Shown in pieces: positions 1 to 10,200 of a stretch of DNA of 64,000 nucleotides (within the stretch, counting starts at the first letter, position 1; each line of letters begins with the position of its first letter). This DNA comes from an uncultured Clostridia bacterium (lineage in GTDB: Bacteria > Bacillota > Clostridia > Oscillospirales > Ruminococcaceae): positions 5,041-69,040 of the forward strand of contig CANQJB010000004.1 in assembly GCA_947624155.1 (NCBI GenBank), given 5' to 3'. Made by a program: the position numbers and the translations under genes. The notes beneath the pieces are model-generated. The model searched no databases, was not told the DNA's origin, and saw only the letters and a list, made by a program, of their open reading frames with translations.

Positions 1-2
1 TC

Positions 3-224
3 GGAACCTCGCTCAGCGAGAACAGCGGCGTCCACGACCTCTATTTCGTCTTCCTCGGCGGCGAGGACACCGAGTTCCGCTTCGACTACTGGGAGTTTTC
101 AAAGGACGGAAAATTCGCCTCCTCATTCCCGACTCTGCCGGTAATTCTGATCGCGGCTGCGGTAATCGTCGCGGCTGCGGTGATAATTACTGTTGTTCTG
201 GTCAGGAAAAAGAAAGCAAAGTAA
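3..224 (+). CDS. 3' end (partial) of a secreted/surface protein with a C-terminal membrane anchor; the preceding segment resembles the end of a carbohydrate-binding module
   Basis: Frame 3 is open from the window edge to TAA 222-224. It reads ...GVHDLYFVFLGGEDTEFRFDYWEFSKDGKF..LPVILIAAAVIVAAAVIITVVLVRKKKAK*. This is a hydrophobic helix plus basic stop-transfer tail, and the DLYFVF...FDYWEF pattern recalls CBM6/35-type module ends. Confidence 0.45.
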   Translation, partial: GTSLSENSGVHDLYFVFLGGEDTEFRFDYWEFSKDGKFASSFPTLPVILIAAAVIVAAAVIITVVLVRKKKAK

Positions 225-243
225 TATAGGACAGTTTAATATA

Positions 244-281
244 AAAACAAAACTCGGAAGCAGCTTCCGAGTTTTGTTTTT
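244..281. terminator. bidirectional rho-independent terminator
   Basis: Near-perfect hairpin aaaacaaaactcggaagc / gcttccgagttttgtttt, with an A-run on one side and a T-run on the other. It lies between convergent genes. Confidence 0.75.
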
Positions 282-343
282 GAGAATTTGGACGCACATT
301 TTTCAAAAGATTCGTGCCAAACAAGGCAAACACACTTTATTAT

Positions 344-883
344 CTATATCTTATGCAGGGTAGGTTCCTGCTCCAGCACCTCAATCCAATACCTCTGCAC
401 AACGTTTCCGCCCGCTTCGACCTCGTTTTCGAGCACGCCGCCGTTCTTGATTATAGTCCGCGCGGAGGCGGGGTTGTCCTTATCGCAGACCATCAGCACC
501 CTGTTGATGCCGAGCTTACGGCATTCGTCAAGCGCGAGCCTTATCATCTCGGTCGCGATTCCCTTTCCGCGCTCCGATGGCCTGACGCCGTCGCCGATAT
601 GCCCGCCGTCGAGAAGAAGCGATTCGTTGAGCCGATGGCGGATATTCACCGCGCCGACAATTATCCCGCGGTCGGCGTCGAGGCAGAAAAAGGTTGAATC
701 GGGGACAAACCCGCCGCTTTCGTCCTTGACCTCGAGGTTTCGGCAGTAGCTTTCAAAATCTCGGTAGTCGAGCCTGCGTATCGCAAAGGGGATTATCTTT
801 TCGCCGGAGGCATACCACTCCTCTAACATATCGACGATCTGGCTTTTATATTCCGGAGAGGCCTTGACAAGCTTAAGATTCAT
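344..883 (-). CDS. GNAT family N-acetyltransferase
   Basis: 179-aa ORF with a GNAT core (..IVGAVNIRHRL..GHIGDGVRPSERGKGIATEMIRLAL..). It starts 6 nt downstream of the preceding gene, so it is probably co-transcribed. Confidence 0.8.
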   Translation of the reverse strand: MNLKLVKASPEYKSQIVDMLEEWYASGEKIIPFAIRRLDYRDFESYCRNLEVKDESGGFVPDSTFFCLDADRGIIVGAVNIRHRLNESLLLDGGHIGDGVRPSERGKGIATEMIRLALDECRKLGINRVLMVCDKDNPASARTIIKNGGVLENEVEAGGNVVQRYWIEVLEQEPTLHKI

Positions 884-889
884 TAGATT

Positions 890-3145
890 TCACTCCGTTT
901 CGCTTTGTTTTTCGGCGAGCATTCCGCCGTAGTCGCCCCAGAAGTAGTCGCTGATAAAGCCGGAATACTGCTCGGGGTCGACATAGATTTCAAGATCGCT
1001 GCGGGCGCCGTCGGTCGCAAGGTATTCCGACATACTGTTCGGCACCGAGATGTCCGCCGCGCCGACGCCGTCGGGCAGTATCAGCGAAGAGATCAGAGAG
1101 CCGCGCAAGGCCCCGCCGTCGAGCCTCGAAATGTTCCGCCCGAGATAAAGCGTTTCGATCTTAGTCCCGCTGAAAGCGTCGGCAGCGATCGTTCTGACCG
1201 GCTTTCCGCTGACCTCTTCGGGGATAGTCAGCTCCTTGAGCCCGCTTCCCTCGCCGTTGACCCCGACGACTGTCCAGCTTCCGTCGGCGGCCTCAGAGAG
1301 TTCGAGATAGAGGTTGTCGGTGGTGATGATCTCGGCGTAAGCGCTTAGCGCGCCGCTCTGAATAAAGCTTTGGTAGTCCCGCCAGTCGACCGAAAGGCTG
1401 ACCGAACCGCCGAGGTCTTCGGGGCTCGCAGGCAGGCTAAGCTCCTCGGGCTTGATTCCCGCGGGGACGGTTATTTCAAGCCCCGCCGCACCGCTGAAGG
1501 CGTATTCCCCGATTTTTACGACATTTTCGCCGAGGGTCAGTTTTTCGAGAAGCTCCGCGCCGTCAAAGGCCCAAGGCGCGATCTCGGTGACGGGAACGTC
1601 CTGCCAAAGGCCGGGGATTGTCAGCTCTGAGCGGATTTTTCCGCTGTCGGTGACGCTGACTAAAATCACGTATGAGCCGTCCGGCGAGAGTTCAAATTCA
1701 AAGCTTTCGTCTTTAGCGAGAAGCCCGCGGCAGTTCTCGAAAGCCGCGGAGGCGGAATACTGCTCATAAGCCTCCGGCGGGACATAGATTTTAAAATCGG
1801 GCGCGCAGCCGCTGCCGAGACCGCTTTTCGGCAGATTAAGCGAGTCGGCGCTCAGCCCTTCGGGTAGAATTATCCCCCGCAGGTTTTTGGCGTTTTCGAT
1901 CGCGCCGATCTTGATGTCGGCGATACCTCTGCCGAGTGTGCAGATAACCGCGCTGTCGCAGCCGTCAAAAGCGCCGGGGAGAACAGTTGTGACCGCGAAG
2001 CCGTTGATCTCGTCGGGCATAACGAGATATTTTTTGCTTCTGCCCGCTTCGGTCAGCCCCGAGATCGCCCACTCGCGGTTTGAAAGCCGCCGAAGCTCAA
2101 AGTTCTCGCAGTCGGGGCGCTTTCCCGGCGGCGGAGGCAGCTCTCCGGGCGGCAGGGTGATGTCGTCGCGGCCGAGCTCGCGTTTGATGTCGTCGATCAG
2201 CTTTACTGTCCTGACGGTGACGCCGGAGTTGTTGAGATGAAACTCCGAGTCGAAGAAATATCCGCTGTCGAGGATATAGTCGAAGATGTTGCTGATAACC
2301 TTGCAGTCGAGCGAGAGGCAGAGGTTTTCGTAAAATTCGCGGATATCCTCGTCGGTGTTATATTCTCTGACCGCGTCGGCGTTCATCGGCGGAAAGCTGA
2401 AATAAACCTCCGCTCCGCGTGATCTTATTTCGGCGGTGTATTCGTTCACATATTCGATATATTCCTCGTAGTCGCCCTGAACCCCGTCGGAGAGGTCGGC
2501 TCTGAAATCCAGAATTATCGGGTTGCCGCTTCCGGTCAGCTCGTTATATGGCCGGTCAAAGACGTTGTCGCCGTATCCGTTGAAATTCTCCTTGCAATAT
2601 GCGCCGACATTTTCGGGCAGAGTTCCCGAGCTGAGATAACCGAGCTTCGAGCCCGCAAAGTCCCAGAGCGAGCCGATCAGGCGCTCATATTCCGAGCTGT
2701 CGATGTCTTTTATCATTCTTAAAGAGCCGTCGAGAGCCTGCGCGGCGGTCTCGGCGTTGAAATAGAGCGAGAGTGTCTGTGCGTTCATCTCCGGCGCGAG
2801 GATAACGATGTCTCCCTCGCCGACGCTGCTGCGCGAGAGGTCCATCATCAGCTTTGTGCCGAGATTGGCGTAGAGCCCGAAGTTGACGGCGTCATATCCG
2901 AGCTCATTGGCGATCATCTCGCTGTCGAGCCCGAAAGCAGCGGAGCTGCCCGCGACGACGACTATTTTCTTGCCCTCCGAGGAGTTCAGACGGTCATATT
3001 TTTCGGACAGCTCGCCGATAAAGGTGTCGCCATAGACCGAAGGCAGGGCGAGCGCGATTATCAAGATTGCGATAAACGGGATTGCGAAGACCGCGAGCAT
3101 CGGCCCGAAGACGGAGAGAAATCTCTTTGATTCGCTTTGCTTCAT
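890..3145 (-). CDS. membrane-anchored DltD/SGNH-like acyltransferase partner domain fused to C-terminal BspA-type leucine-rich-repeat modules
   Basis: 751 aa. N-terminal TM helix, then ..KKIVVVAGSSAAFGLDSEMI..NFGLYANLG..GDIVILAPE.. and ..FDSEFHLNNSGV.. (DltD-like signature). A PPPPG linker follows, then three repeats of the pattern ..L.IP......I...AF.G.. (BspA-like LRR). Adjacent to the MBOAT gene. Confidence 0.65.
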   Translation of the reverse strand: MKQSESKRFLSVFGPMLAVFAIPFIAILIIALALPSVYGDTFIGELSEKYDRLNSSEGKKIVVVAGSSAAFGLDSEMIANELGYDAVNFGLYANLGTKLMMDLSRSSVGEGDIVILAPEMNAQTLSLYFNAETAAQALDGSLRMIKDIDSSEYERLIGSLWDFAGSKLGYLSSGTLPENVGAYCKENFNGYGDNVFDRPYNELTGSGNPIILDFRADLSDGVQGDYEEYIEYVNEYTAEIRSRGAEVYFSFPPMNADAVREYNTDEDIREFYENLCLSLDCKVISNIFDYILDSGYFFDSEFHLNNSGVTVRTVKLIDDIKRELGRDDITLPPGELPPPPGKRPDCENFELRRLSNREWAISGLTEAGRSKKYLVMPDEINGFAVTTVLPGAFDGCDSAVICTLGRGIADIKIGAIENAKNLRGIILPEGLSADSLNLPKSGLGSGCAPDFKIYVPPEAYEQYSASAAFENCRGLLAKDESFEFELSPDGSYVILVSVTDSGKIRSELTIPGLWQDVPVTEIAPWAFDGAELLEKLTLGENVVKIGEYAFSGAAGLEITVPAGIKPEELSLPASPEDLGGSVSLSVDWRDYQSFIQSGALSAYAEIITTDNLYLELSEAADGSWTVVGVNGEGSGLKELTIPEEVSGKPVRTIAADAFSGTKIETLYLGRNISRLDGGALRGSLISSLILPDGVGAADISVPNSMSEYLATDGARSDLEIYVDPEQYSGFISDYFWGDYGGMLAEKQSETE

Positions 3146-3157
3146 TTTTCCGCCTCC

Positions 3158-4633
3158 TCAGAACTGGAAATAGATAAACGAGCTCGCGCCGCCCGCGCTC
3201 AGAAGCACCAGCCACGCCGCCGCAATTGTCCAGATAAGATTGATATACATTCCCGCGCGGTCGGGCGAGACCGGCCCGAAGCCGGAGAATTCGCCGATTC
3301 TGAGCGCAATCTGCTTATCGAGCCTAGCGACCGAGATTATTGAAAGAATCGCAGTCGCCGCCGGCAGAAGCCCGAGTCCGAGCGCCGAGAGCGAGCCCGC
3401 GATATCGAGCCCCGCCCAGCCGGCGAAGAGAGCTTTATAGAGCAGCAGCATATCCCCGAGGCTGTTTGAGCGGAACGCCACCCAAGCGATCAGAACGAGG
3501 ACAAAGGTGTTGAACCGCTTAAGCCAAAGGAGCGGGCGAGAATCCGGCGGGACGTTCAGTCTGTTCCAAAGCGCGGCGCGCGGCTTTTCGGTCAGATATC
3601 CGATTATCTGATAGAGCCCGTGCATCAGTCCCCAGATAATATATGTCCAGGCGGCGCCGTGCCAGATTCCTGAGATCAGAAAGACAAAGAAGATGTTTGC
3701 ATACTGCCTCGCCCTGCCCTTTCGCGAGCCGCCGAGGGGAATATAGATATAGTCGGTGAACCAGGAGGTCAGGGAGATGTGCCATCTGCGCCAGAACGAG
3801 CGGATATTTACCGCAGAATAGGGGTCGTTGAAGTTTTGCATCAGCTTTATTCCCATCACCCTCGCGCAGCCGATCGCGATGTCGGTGTAGCCCGAAAAAT
3901 CGCAGTAGATCTGAACCGCGAAGAGCGCAGTCGCGATCAGAACGGTCAGCCCGTTGACCGTTTCACCGCCCGCGTTGTTATATACCGCGTCGACATAGCG
4001 GGAGATCTGGTCGGCGACGGCGATTTTCTTGAAGAACCCGACTGCCATCATCTTTAAGCCTGCGGCGGTGTCTGAGGCGCTGAAAGGGTTGTCGCGCCTG
4101 AGCTGGGGAATCAGGTTCCCTGGGCGCTCGATCGGCCCTGCGACAAGTTGAGGGAAATAGGAGACATAAAGGGCGTAATAGCCGAAATGTCGTTCGGCCG
4201 GAATATCGCCGCGGTAGACGTCGATTACATAGGAAAGGGTCTGGAATGTGTAGAACGAGATCCCGACCGGAAGCATCAGGTTGAGGGTGAAGCTGCCGAC
4301 AGGGAGTCTGAAAAGCCTCAGCAGGCCGGTGATATTTTCGGAGAGAAAGTTGAAATACTTAAAGAAGAACAGAACCGAAAGGCTCGCGAAAACCGCTGTC
4401 AGAAGAAGTAGCTTTCTGAGCTTCTTTTTTTCGGTCCGCTCGATCCCGAGGGCGCAGAAATAGGAGACCGCAGTCGTGAAGAGGATCAGATAGATAAGAT
4501 CAGGCTGCCAGCTCATATAGAAGTAATAGCTCAAAATTAGCAGCATTATCCAGCGGAACCTTTTCGGCAGAACGCGGTAGAGAATCAGAACTACCGGGAA
4601 GAAGACCAGAAACGCAAAGGAATTAAATATCAT
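3158..4633 (-). CDS. MBOAT family O-acyltransferase (AlgI/DltB/PatA-like)
   Basis: 491 aa and polytopic. Carries the conserved MBOAT histidine region ..FWRRWHISLTSWFTDYIYIPLGGSR.. and ..ISGIWHGAAW.. Confidence 0.9.
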   Translation of the reverse strand: MIFNSFAFLVFFPVVLILYRVLPKRFRWIMLLILSYYFYMSWQPDLIYLILFTTAVSYFCALGIERTEKKKLRKLLLLTAVFASLSVLFFFKYFNFLSENITGLLRLFRLPVGSFTLNLMLPVGISFYTFQTLSYVIDVYRGDIPAERHFGYYALYVSYFPQLVAGPIERPGNLIPQLRRDNPFSASDTAAGLKMMAVGFFKKIAVADQISRYVDAVYNNAGGETVNGLTVLIATALFAVQIYCDFSGYTDIAIGCARVMGIKLMQNFNDPYSAVNIRSFWRRWHISLTSWFTDYIYIPLGGSRKGRARQYANIFFVFLISGIWHGAAWTYIIWGLMHGLYQIIGYLTEKPRAALWNRLNVPPDSRPLLWLKRFNTFVLVLIAWVAFRSNSLGDMLLLYKALFAGWAGLDIAGSLSALGLGLLPAATAILSIISVARLDKQIALRIGEFSGFGPVSPDRAGMYINLIWTIAAAWLVLLSAGGASSFIYFQF

Positions 4634-4895
4634 CTCCGCCGGCCCCCTTTCTGCGTGAGGTCGTAAAGAGCGCGGCGGTTGTGCTCAAAAGCAGCGCGAA
4701 GAAAAGCTCCTCGGGCTTTGCTTTTGAATAGAGCAGCGCGAATATCAGAGCGAGGTGCAAAAGCATATTGACCGCAGAAAGAGCTGTCAGCGCGGCCCTG
4801 CTTTTGCGAAAAAGCATACATAAAAGGTGAAGCGCGAGAATTAAAATCATCAGAGCCCAGAACCAAAGAGCTCCGGCAGCGTTATATCCGTCCAT
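4623..4895 (-). CDS. small integral membrane protein (about 3 TM), translationally coupled to the MBOAT gene
   Basis: I trimmed the ORF-track entry 4623..4982 to the ATG at 4895, which is preceded by AAGGAGG. The sequence MDGYNAAGALWFWALMILILALHLL.. is hydrophobic. Its last 11 nt overlap the MBOAT start (GGAGATGATATTTAA). Confidence 0.55.
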   Translation of the reverse strand: MDGYNAAGALWFWALMILILALHLLCMLFRKSRAALTALSAVNMLLHLALIFALLYSKAKPEELFFALLLSTTAALFTTSRRKGAGGDDI

Positions 4896-4908
4896 TTTCC
4901 GCGCCTCC

Positions 4909-6999
4909 TTAATAAGCCGACGGGTCGGCGAGATATTTCTGAATATCCTCCGCGAGGTTTTGAGTGCGTTCCTTCGCGCCATCCTCGTTTAAATGCCATT
5001 CAGAGTCATAGAACTTTTCGTGATCCATAATGTAGTCTCCGACGTCGGAGATCACCGGGTAGTCGAGCTCGTCTGCGCAGTATTCGTTCGCGCGGTCAAA
5101 GGCGCTGCGGGTCAGCGACGACTGCGCGATCCTCGATTTGTCGTGAGGCCCGAAGCTCATCACCATCACCCCGCCATTTGCTTTGACCTTTTCGCTGACG
5201 GCGTTGAGATAGTCTGAATAGAGGTGTGCGTCGCTGAGATTTACATTTGCGCCGCCGAAGCTGCCGCGGACCGATTTTCTTTTCGTCGCAATATCGCCGT
5301 ATTTGTTGATGTCGGCGGTGAGCTGATATTCCTTTCCCTCCTGGCGGACGGCCGGGACGATCGAGTTGTCGGCACTGTCGCCGATCTGGAATTTTCTCCA
5401 GCAGCTCCAGAAGCCGCTGTAATCCCGAAGATCGACGTCGCGGAAGATGTCGTAGCACTGTTCGTTTCCGCGGAACATCTTTGTGTGAAATTCGTTTGAG
5501 CCCATCGGCCCGCCTCGGCCGTATTCCGGCGCGTGAACAACGATGTCTCCCTCGCCGGTGTATTTCGAAATCACGTCGAGGAAGAAGAGCATCGAGTTGG
5601 CGGCGTTGGTGCCGTAGTTGACGACCGAATAGCCCGGCATCAGCTCCTCAAAGAGCTCGGAGTTTATTCCGTTGAGCGAAGAAGACCCCGAAACAACGAC
5701 AATCTTCTTCCCTTCGACGGTTCTGAGGCGGTCGTATTTGACATTGAACGAGCCCTCGATCTGCCCCGAATAGACCGGCAGCCGCTGAGCGTTGAGCACA
5801 ACCGTCGAAACGGATTCGGGGAAGCTTTCGTCATATACAAGAACCACCGAGTCGAAGAAGACGACCTCGCGGAGCCTGTCGCAGGCAGAAAAGGCGTTCT
5901 TTTCGATAAACTTGACGGTTCTCGGGATCACCACCCGTTCGACGTCGCTCGCGAAAGCGCCGGAGGCGACTTTGACTACCGGCTTTCCGCCGATCTCCTC
6001 GGGGATCACCGCGAGCTTCGAGCTGCCGATATAGGCGGTTATCTCGACACCCTGCATCTCCCCATAGCTTTCGGGCAGAGTTCCCATTCTGAAGCCGGAT
6101 TCGCTGACATCGGATATATCAACATCTCGGTAGATAAAATCGGCCTCCTGTGTTTCCTTCGCCCAGACGACATATAGGTTAAGGCTCTCGCCGTCGACCT
6201 TGCACACCCCGCCCATATTTGAAAATCCCGGTATCTCGTTGGCGGAATAATAGTCAGAATAATCTGCGGGGACGGTGCTGTAACCGACCGCGGCATATCC
6301 GTCGCGGACAAAGGTGCCGTTGGATTCCATTGTGTTCTGCATCGCGAACAGGTCGTTGAACTTGCCCTTGCGGGTATATGTTTCCTCGACGCCGTCGGCG
6401 ACATGGCCGCCGTTTAGGTTATAGATTATGTCGTATGACGCGAAGCCGGAGAAGTTTGCATAAAGGGTCTTCGAGCCGTCGATGTAAAAGGTGTGGGTCG
6501 GCTCGGTGCTAAGAAGTCTGCCGCCGTCCTCGAGATATCCTCCCTCAGACCAACCCGCAAACTGCAAAAACGCGGTGGTGTCGGCGCTGACGGTCAGGTC
6601 TCCCGGGCCGGCGAGCTTCGCCTCTTCAAGCGAGAGTATTCCGTCGGGGTCGTTCTTTTCGATTTTAACGTTTATAACTTCGTCTTCCGGCACAACGATC
6701 ATGTCGACGGTCGCCGGGGCGAATACCCCCGAAAGCCGCAGCCGCCCCGATTCCTCGTCGAAATCCGCGCCGGCAGTGTTGCCGATATAGACATATCCCG
6801 GGTTCACCGTCACCTTAAAGGTAACGGTTCTGCCTGATTTTGTGTCAATAATGTTGTCGCCGGTGACGGTGATCCCCTCGGTTTCTCTGAGAATCACCCT
6901 GACGTCGTATTCCCGCCTTTTTTCGGCTTTCCCGCCGCAGGAGCTCAGCAGCAGCACCGCGGCGGCGAGAAGCGCGGCCAGCCTTGTTTTTATTTGCAT
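4909..6999 (-). CDS. lipoprotein: N-terminal repeat/LRR modules fused to a C-terminal DltD/SGNH-like domain (paralog of 890..3145 with swapped domain order)
   Basis: 696 aa. Lipobox LLLSSCGG. Contains YNLNGG-type repeat regions and an LRR segment (..KLAVIPEEIGGKPVVKVASGAFAS..IPRTVKFIEKNAFSAC..). Then ..KKIVVVSGSSSLNGINSELF..NYGTNAANS..GDIVVHAPE.. and ..YDSEWHLNEDGA.., which parallel the motifs of 890..3145. Confidence 0.65.
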   Translation of the reverse strand: MQIKTRLAALLAAAVLLLSSCGGKAEKRREYDVRVILRETEGITVTGDNIIDTKSGRTVTFKVTVNPGYVYIGNTAGADFDEESGRLRLSGVFAPATVDMIVVPEDEVINVKIEKNDPDGILSLEEAKLAGPGDLTVSADTTAFLQFAGWSEGGYLEDGGRLLSTEPTHTFYIDGSKTLYANFSGFASYDIIYNLNGGHVADGVEETYTRKGKFNDLFAMQNTMESNGTFVRDGYAAVGYSTVPADYSDYYSANEIPGFSNMGGVCKVDGESLNLYVVWAKETQEADFIYRDVDISDVSESGFRMGTLPESYGEMQGVEITAYIGSSKLAVIPEEIGGKPVVKVASGAFASDVERVVIPRTVKFIEKNAFSACDRLREVVFFDSVVLVYDESFPESVSTVVLNAQRLPVYSGQIEGSFNVKYDRLRTVEGKKIVVVSGSSSLNGINSELFEELMPGYSVVNYGTNAANSMLFFLDVISKYTGEGDIVVHAPEYGRGGPMGSNEFHTKMFRGNEQCYDIFRDVDLRDYSGFWSCWRKFQIGDSADNSIVPAVRQEGKEYQLTADINKYGDIATKRKSVRGSFGGANVNLSDAHLYSDYLNAVSEKVKANGGVMVMSFGPHDKSRIAQSSLTRSAFDRANEYCADELDYPVISDVGDYIMDHEKFYDSEWHLNEDGAKERTQNLAEDIQKYLADPSAY

Positions 7000-7115
7000 A
7001 GTTCAATGCTCCAATCGTAAATGGTCACCTTTAATCCTACCATTAGGCTCAGGAAATGTCAAGCGGAGAGTGAATAATATGCGATATTCGGACATATCAT
7101 TCCATTCATTATCAA

Positions 7116-7144
7116 TTGACATTTTTGCGAAAAAATGATATTAT
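7116..7144 (+). promoter_or_regulatory. sigma-A type promoter for the 1422-aa gene
   Basis: TTGACA (7116-7121), 17-nt spacer, TGaTATTAT (extended -10, 7136-7144), about 58 nt upstream of the ATG. Confidence 0.6.
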
Positions 7145-7201
7145 AACTGTATCTACGCGGAATTTCAGCAAAATGCTTTATAATAAAAAGAAGGGAATCC
7201 T

Positions 7202-10200
7202 ATGAAGGTTTACAGAGCCGGAATAGATATCGGGTCGACAACAGTCAAGCTTGCGGTTTTGGACGGCGGCAAAATGGTCTTCGGAATGTATGAGCGGCAT
7301 TGCGCCCATATTCAGGAGACTTTGGCGGAGCTTTTGTCCGAAGCGAAAAAGGCTCTCGGCGACTGTGTGCTTACCGTCGGGATAACAGGCTCGGGCTCGA
7401 TCAACCTCGGAAAGGCTCTTAAAATCGGCTTTGTTCAGGAGGTCGCGGCGGTCGCGGCGGCCTTACAGAAAATCGCGCCTCAGACCGACGTCGCGATTGA
7501 ACTCGGCGGCGAGGACGCGAAGATAATCTACTTCCGCGGCGGGCTCGACGAGAGAATGAACGGCGTCTGCGCCGGCGGAACCGGCTCCTTTATCGACCAG
7601 ATGGCAGCTCTCTTGCAGACCGACGCCGAGGGCCTAAACGAAGAGGCGAAAAACTACCGCGAAATATATCCAATCGCGGCGAGATGCGGAGTATTTGCAA
7701 AGACCGATATCCAGCCGCTGATAAACGAGGGCGCGACAAAGGCCGACCTCGCCGCCTCGATCTTCCAGGCGGTCGTCAACCAGACAATCTCTGGCCTCGC
7801 CTGCGGAAAGCCGATTCGCGGCTGCGTCGCGTTTTTGGGAGGCCCGCTCCATTTTCTGACCGAGCTTAAAAACGCTTTTATCCGCACCCTTAAGCTCACC
7901 CCCGAAAACGTCGTCGACCCCGACGACAGCCACCTCTTCGCCGCAATGGGCGCGGCTCTAGAAGCGGAGGAAGGCTCCCGGGCAGAGCTAGGCGAGCTGA
8001 TCGAGCGGCTGACAAAGGGCGTCGAGATGAGCTTTGAGATCAAGCGCCTGCCGCCGCTTTTCGCCTCAGAAGCGGAGTATTCCGCGTTCAGCGCGCGCCA
8101 CAACTGCGCGGTCGTCGAAAAGGGCGATCTTAAAGATTACCGCGGCGACTGTTTCCTCGGAATCGACGCAGGCTCGACAACGACCAAGCTCGCGCTGATC
8201 TCCTCAGACGGCAGGCTTTTATATTCGCACTATGCCAATAACAGGGGCAACCCGGTCGAGGCGGCGAAATTCGCGGTCTATGAGCTGAAAAATATCCTCC
8301 CCGAGGGCGCGAGGATCGCCCGCTCCTGCTCGACGGGTTACGGCGAGGCGCTTTTGAAATCGGCGCTCTGCCTCGACGAGTCTGAGGTCGAAACGGTTGC
8401 CCACACCACCGCCGCCAGCTTCTTCGACCCCGAGGTCGACTGCGTTCTCGACATCGGCGGGCAGGACATGAAGTGCATCAAGCTCAAAAACGGCTCGGTC
8501 GACAACGTTCTGTTAAACGAAGCCTGCTCATCGGGCTGCGGCAGCTTTATCGAAAGCTTTGCGAACTCTCTCGGCTATTCGGCGGAGGAATTTGCGAAGG
8601 AGGCCCTTTTCGCGAAGAACCCGGTCGATCTCGGCACCCGCTGCACCGTATTCATGAATTCAAACGTCAAGCAGGCCCAGAAGGAGGGCGCGCCGATCAG
8701 CGACATCTCAGCGGGGCTCGCCTATTCGGTAATTAAGAACGCGCTTTATAAAGTTATCAAGCTCGCCGACGCGCGCGACCTCGGCAAGCATATCGTAGTC
8801 CAGGGCGGAACCTTCTATAACAAGGCCGTTCTGCGGGCTTTTGAGAGGATCGCCGGAGTCAACGCGACCTGCCCCGACATCGCGGGGATAATGGGCGCGT
8901 TCGGGGCAGCGCTTATCGCAAAGGACCGCTATAAGGGTCAGCCGAGCGAGATGCTCCCGCTCGACGAGATAATCGACCTCAAATACAAGAACACCACGGC
9001 GCGCTGCGGCAGATGCCCGAATAACTGTATGCTGACCGTTTCGACCTTCTCGGGCGGGCGGCGGCATATCACCGGAAACCGCTGCGAACGCGGGCTCGGC
9101 AACACAAAGACCGGCCCGAAGGGCGAAAATCTGATCGAATACAAGAGAAAGAGGATATTCGCCTGCGAGCCGCTCCCCGAAAGCGAGGCAAAGCGCGGAG
9201 TTATCGGGATTCCGAGGGTTTTGAACATATATGAAAACTACCCGTTCTGGGCGACCTTCTTTAAAGAGCTCGGCTTCTCGGTAAAGCTTTCGCCTTTTTC
9301 GGACCGCAGCATTTATGAGCTCGGAATGGAGTCTATTCCCTCCGAGTCGGAATGCTACCCCGCGAAGCTCTCGCACGGCCATGTCCAGTGGCTGATAAAC
9401 AACGGCGTCAGGACGATATTCCACCCCTGCGTGTTTTATGAGCACCAGGAGACAAAAAAGGCTCAGAACCACTTCAACTGCCCGATAGTAGTCTCTTACC
9501 CCGAGAGTTTAAAGAACAATGTCGAGGCGATCGCCGACGGCGAGGTTCGCTACATACGTCCGTTTATCGCCTTTACCGACGAAAAGACCGCCGCCGATCG
9601 GCTTGTCAGGCTCTGCCGCGAGGAGTTGGGAATCCGCGAGAGCGAGGTCAGAAGGGCGGTCAGCGCGGCCTGGCAGGAGCAGCACAACGCCAAAGCCGAC
9701 ATCAGAGCCGAGGGCGCGCGGGTTCTGAAAGAAATGGAAGCCCGCGGCGGCGAGGGAATCGTTCTCGCCGGGCGGCCTTATCACATCGACCCCGAGATCA
9801 ACCACGGGATCCCCGAGCTGATCGCGGGCTGCGGGCTCGACGTTTTCAGCGAGGACAGCCTGCCGATCGACTTTGAGCCGGGAAGACCGCTTCGGGTCGT
9901 TGACCAGTGGGTATATCATTCGAGGCTGTATTCGGCCGCGGAGTTTGTACGCTCGCGCGACGATATGGAGCTGATTCAGCTCAACTCCTTCGGCTGCGGG
10001 CTCGACGCCGTCACCACCGACCAGGTCGCCGAGATTCTCGAAGGCTCGAACAAGCTCTATACTGTCCTTAAAATCGACGAGGTCAACAACCTCGGCGCGG
10101 TCAGAATCAGGGTCAGAAGCCTGATCGCCGCAATAAAAATGCGCCGCGAGAGAAACATCACCGCGAAGCCGAAGCCGGTAGAATATCACAGCGCGGCATA

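Noticed and set aside
288-749. Plus-strand ORFs (288..749 and 314..697) opposite the GNAT gene
   Set aside because: They are antisense to an ORF with a clear GNAT core. Their translations are Ser/Pro-rich with no motifs.
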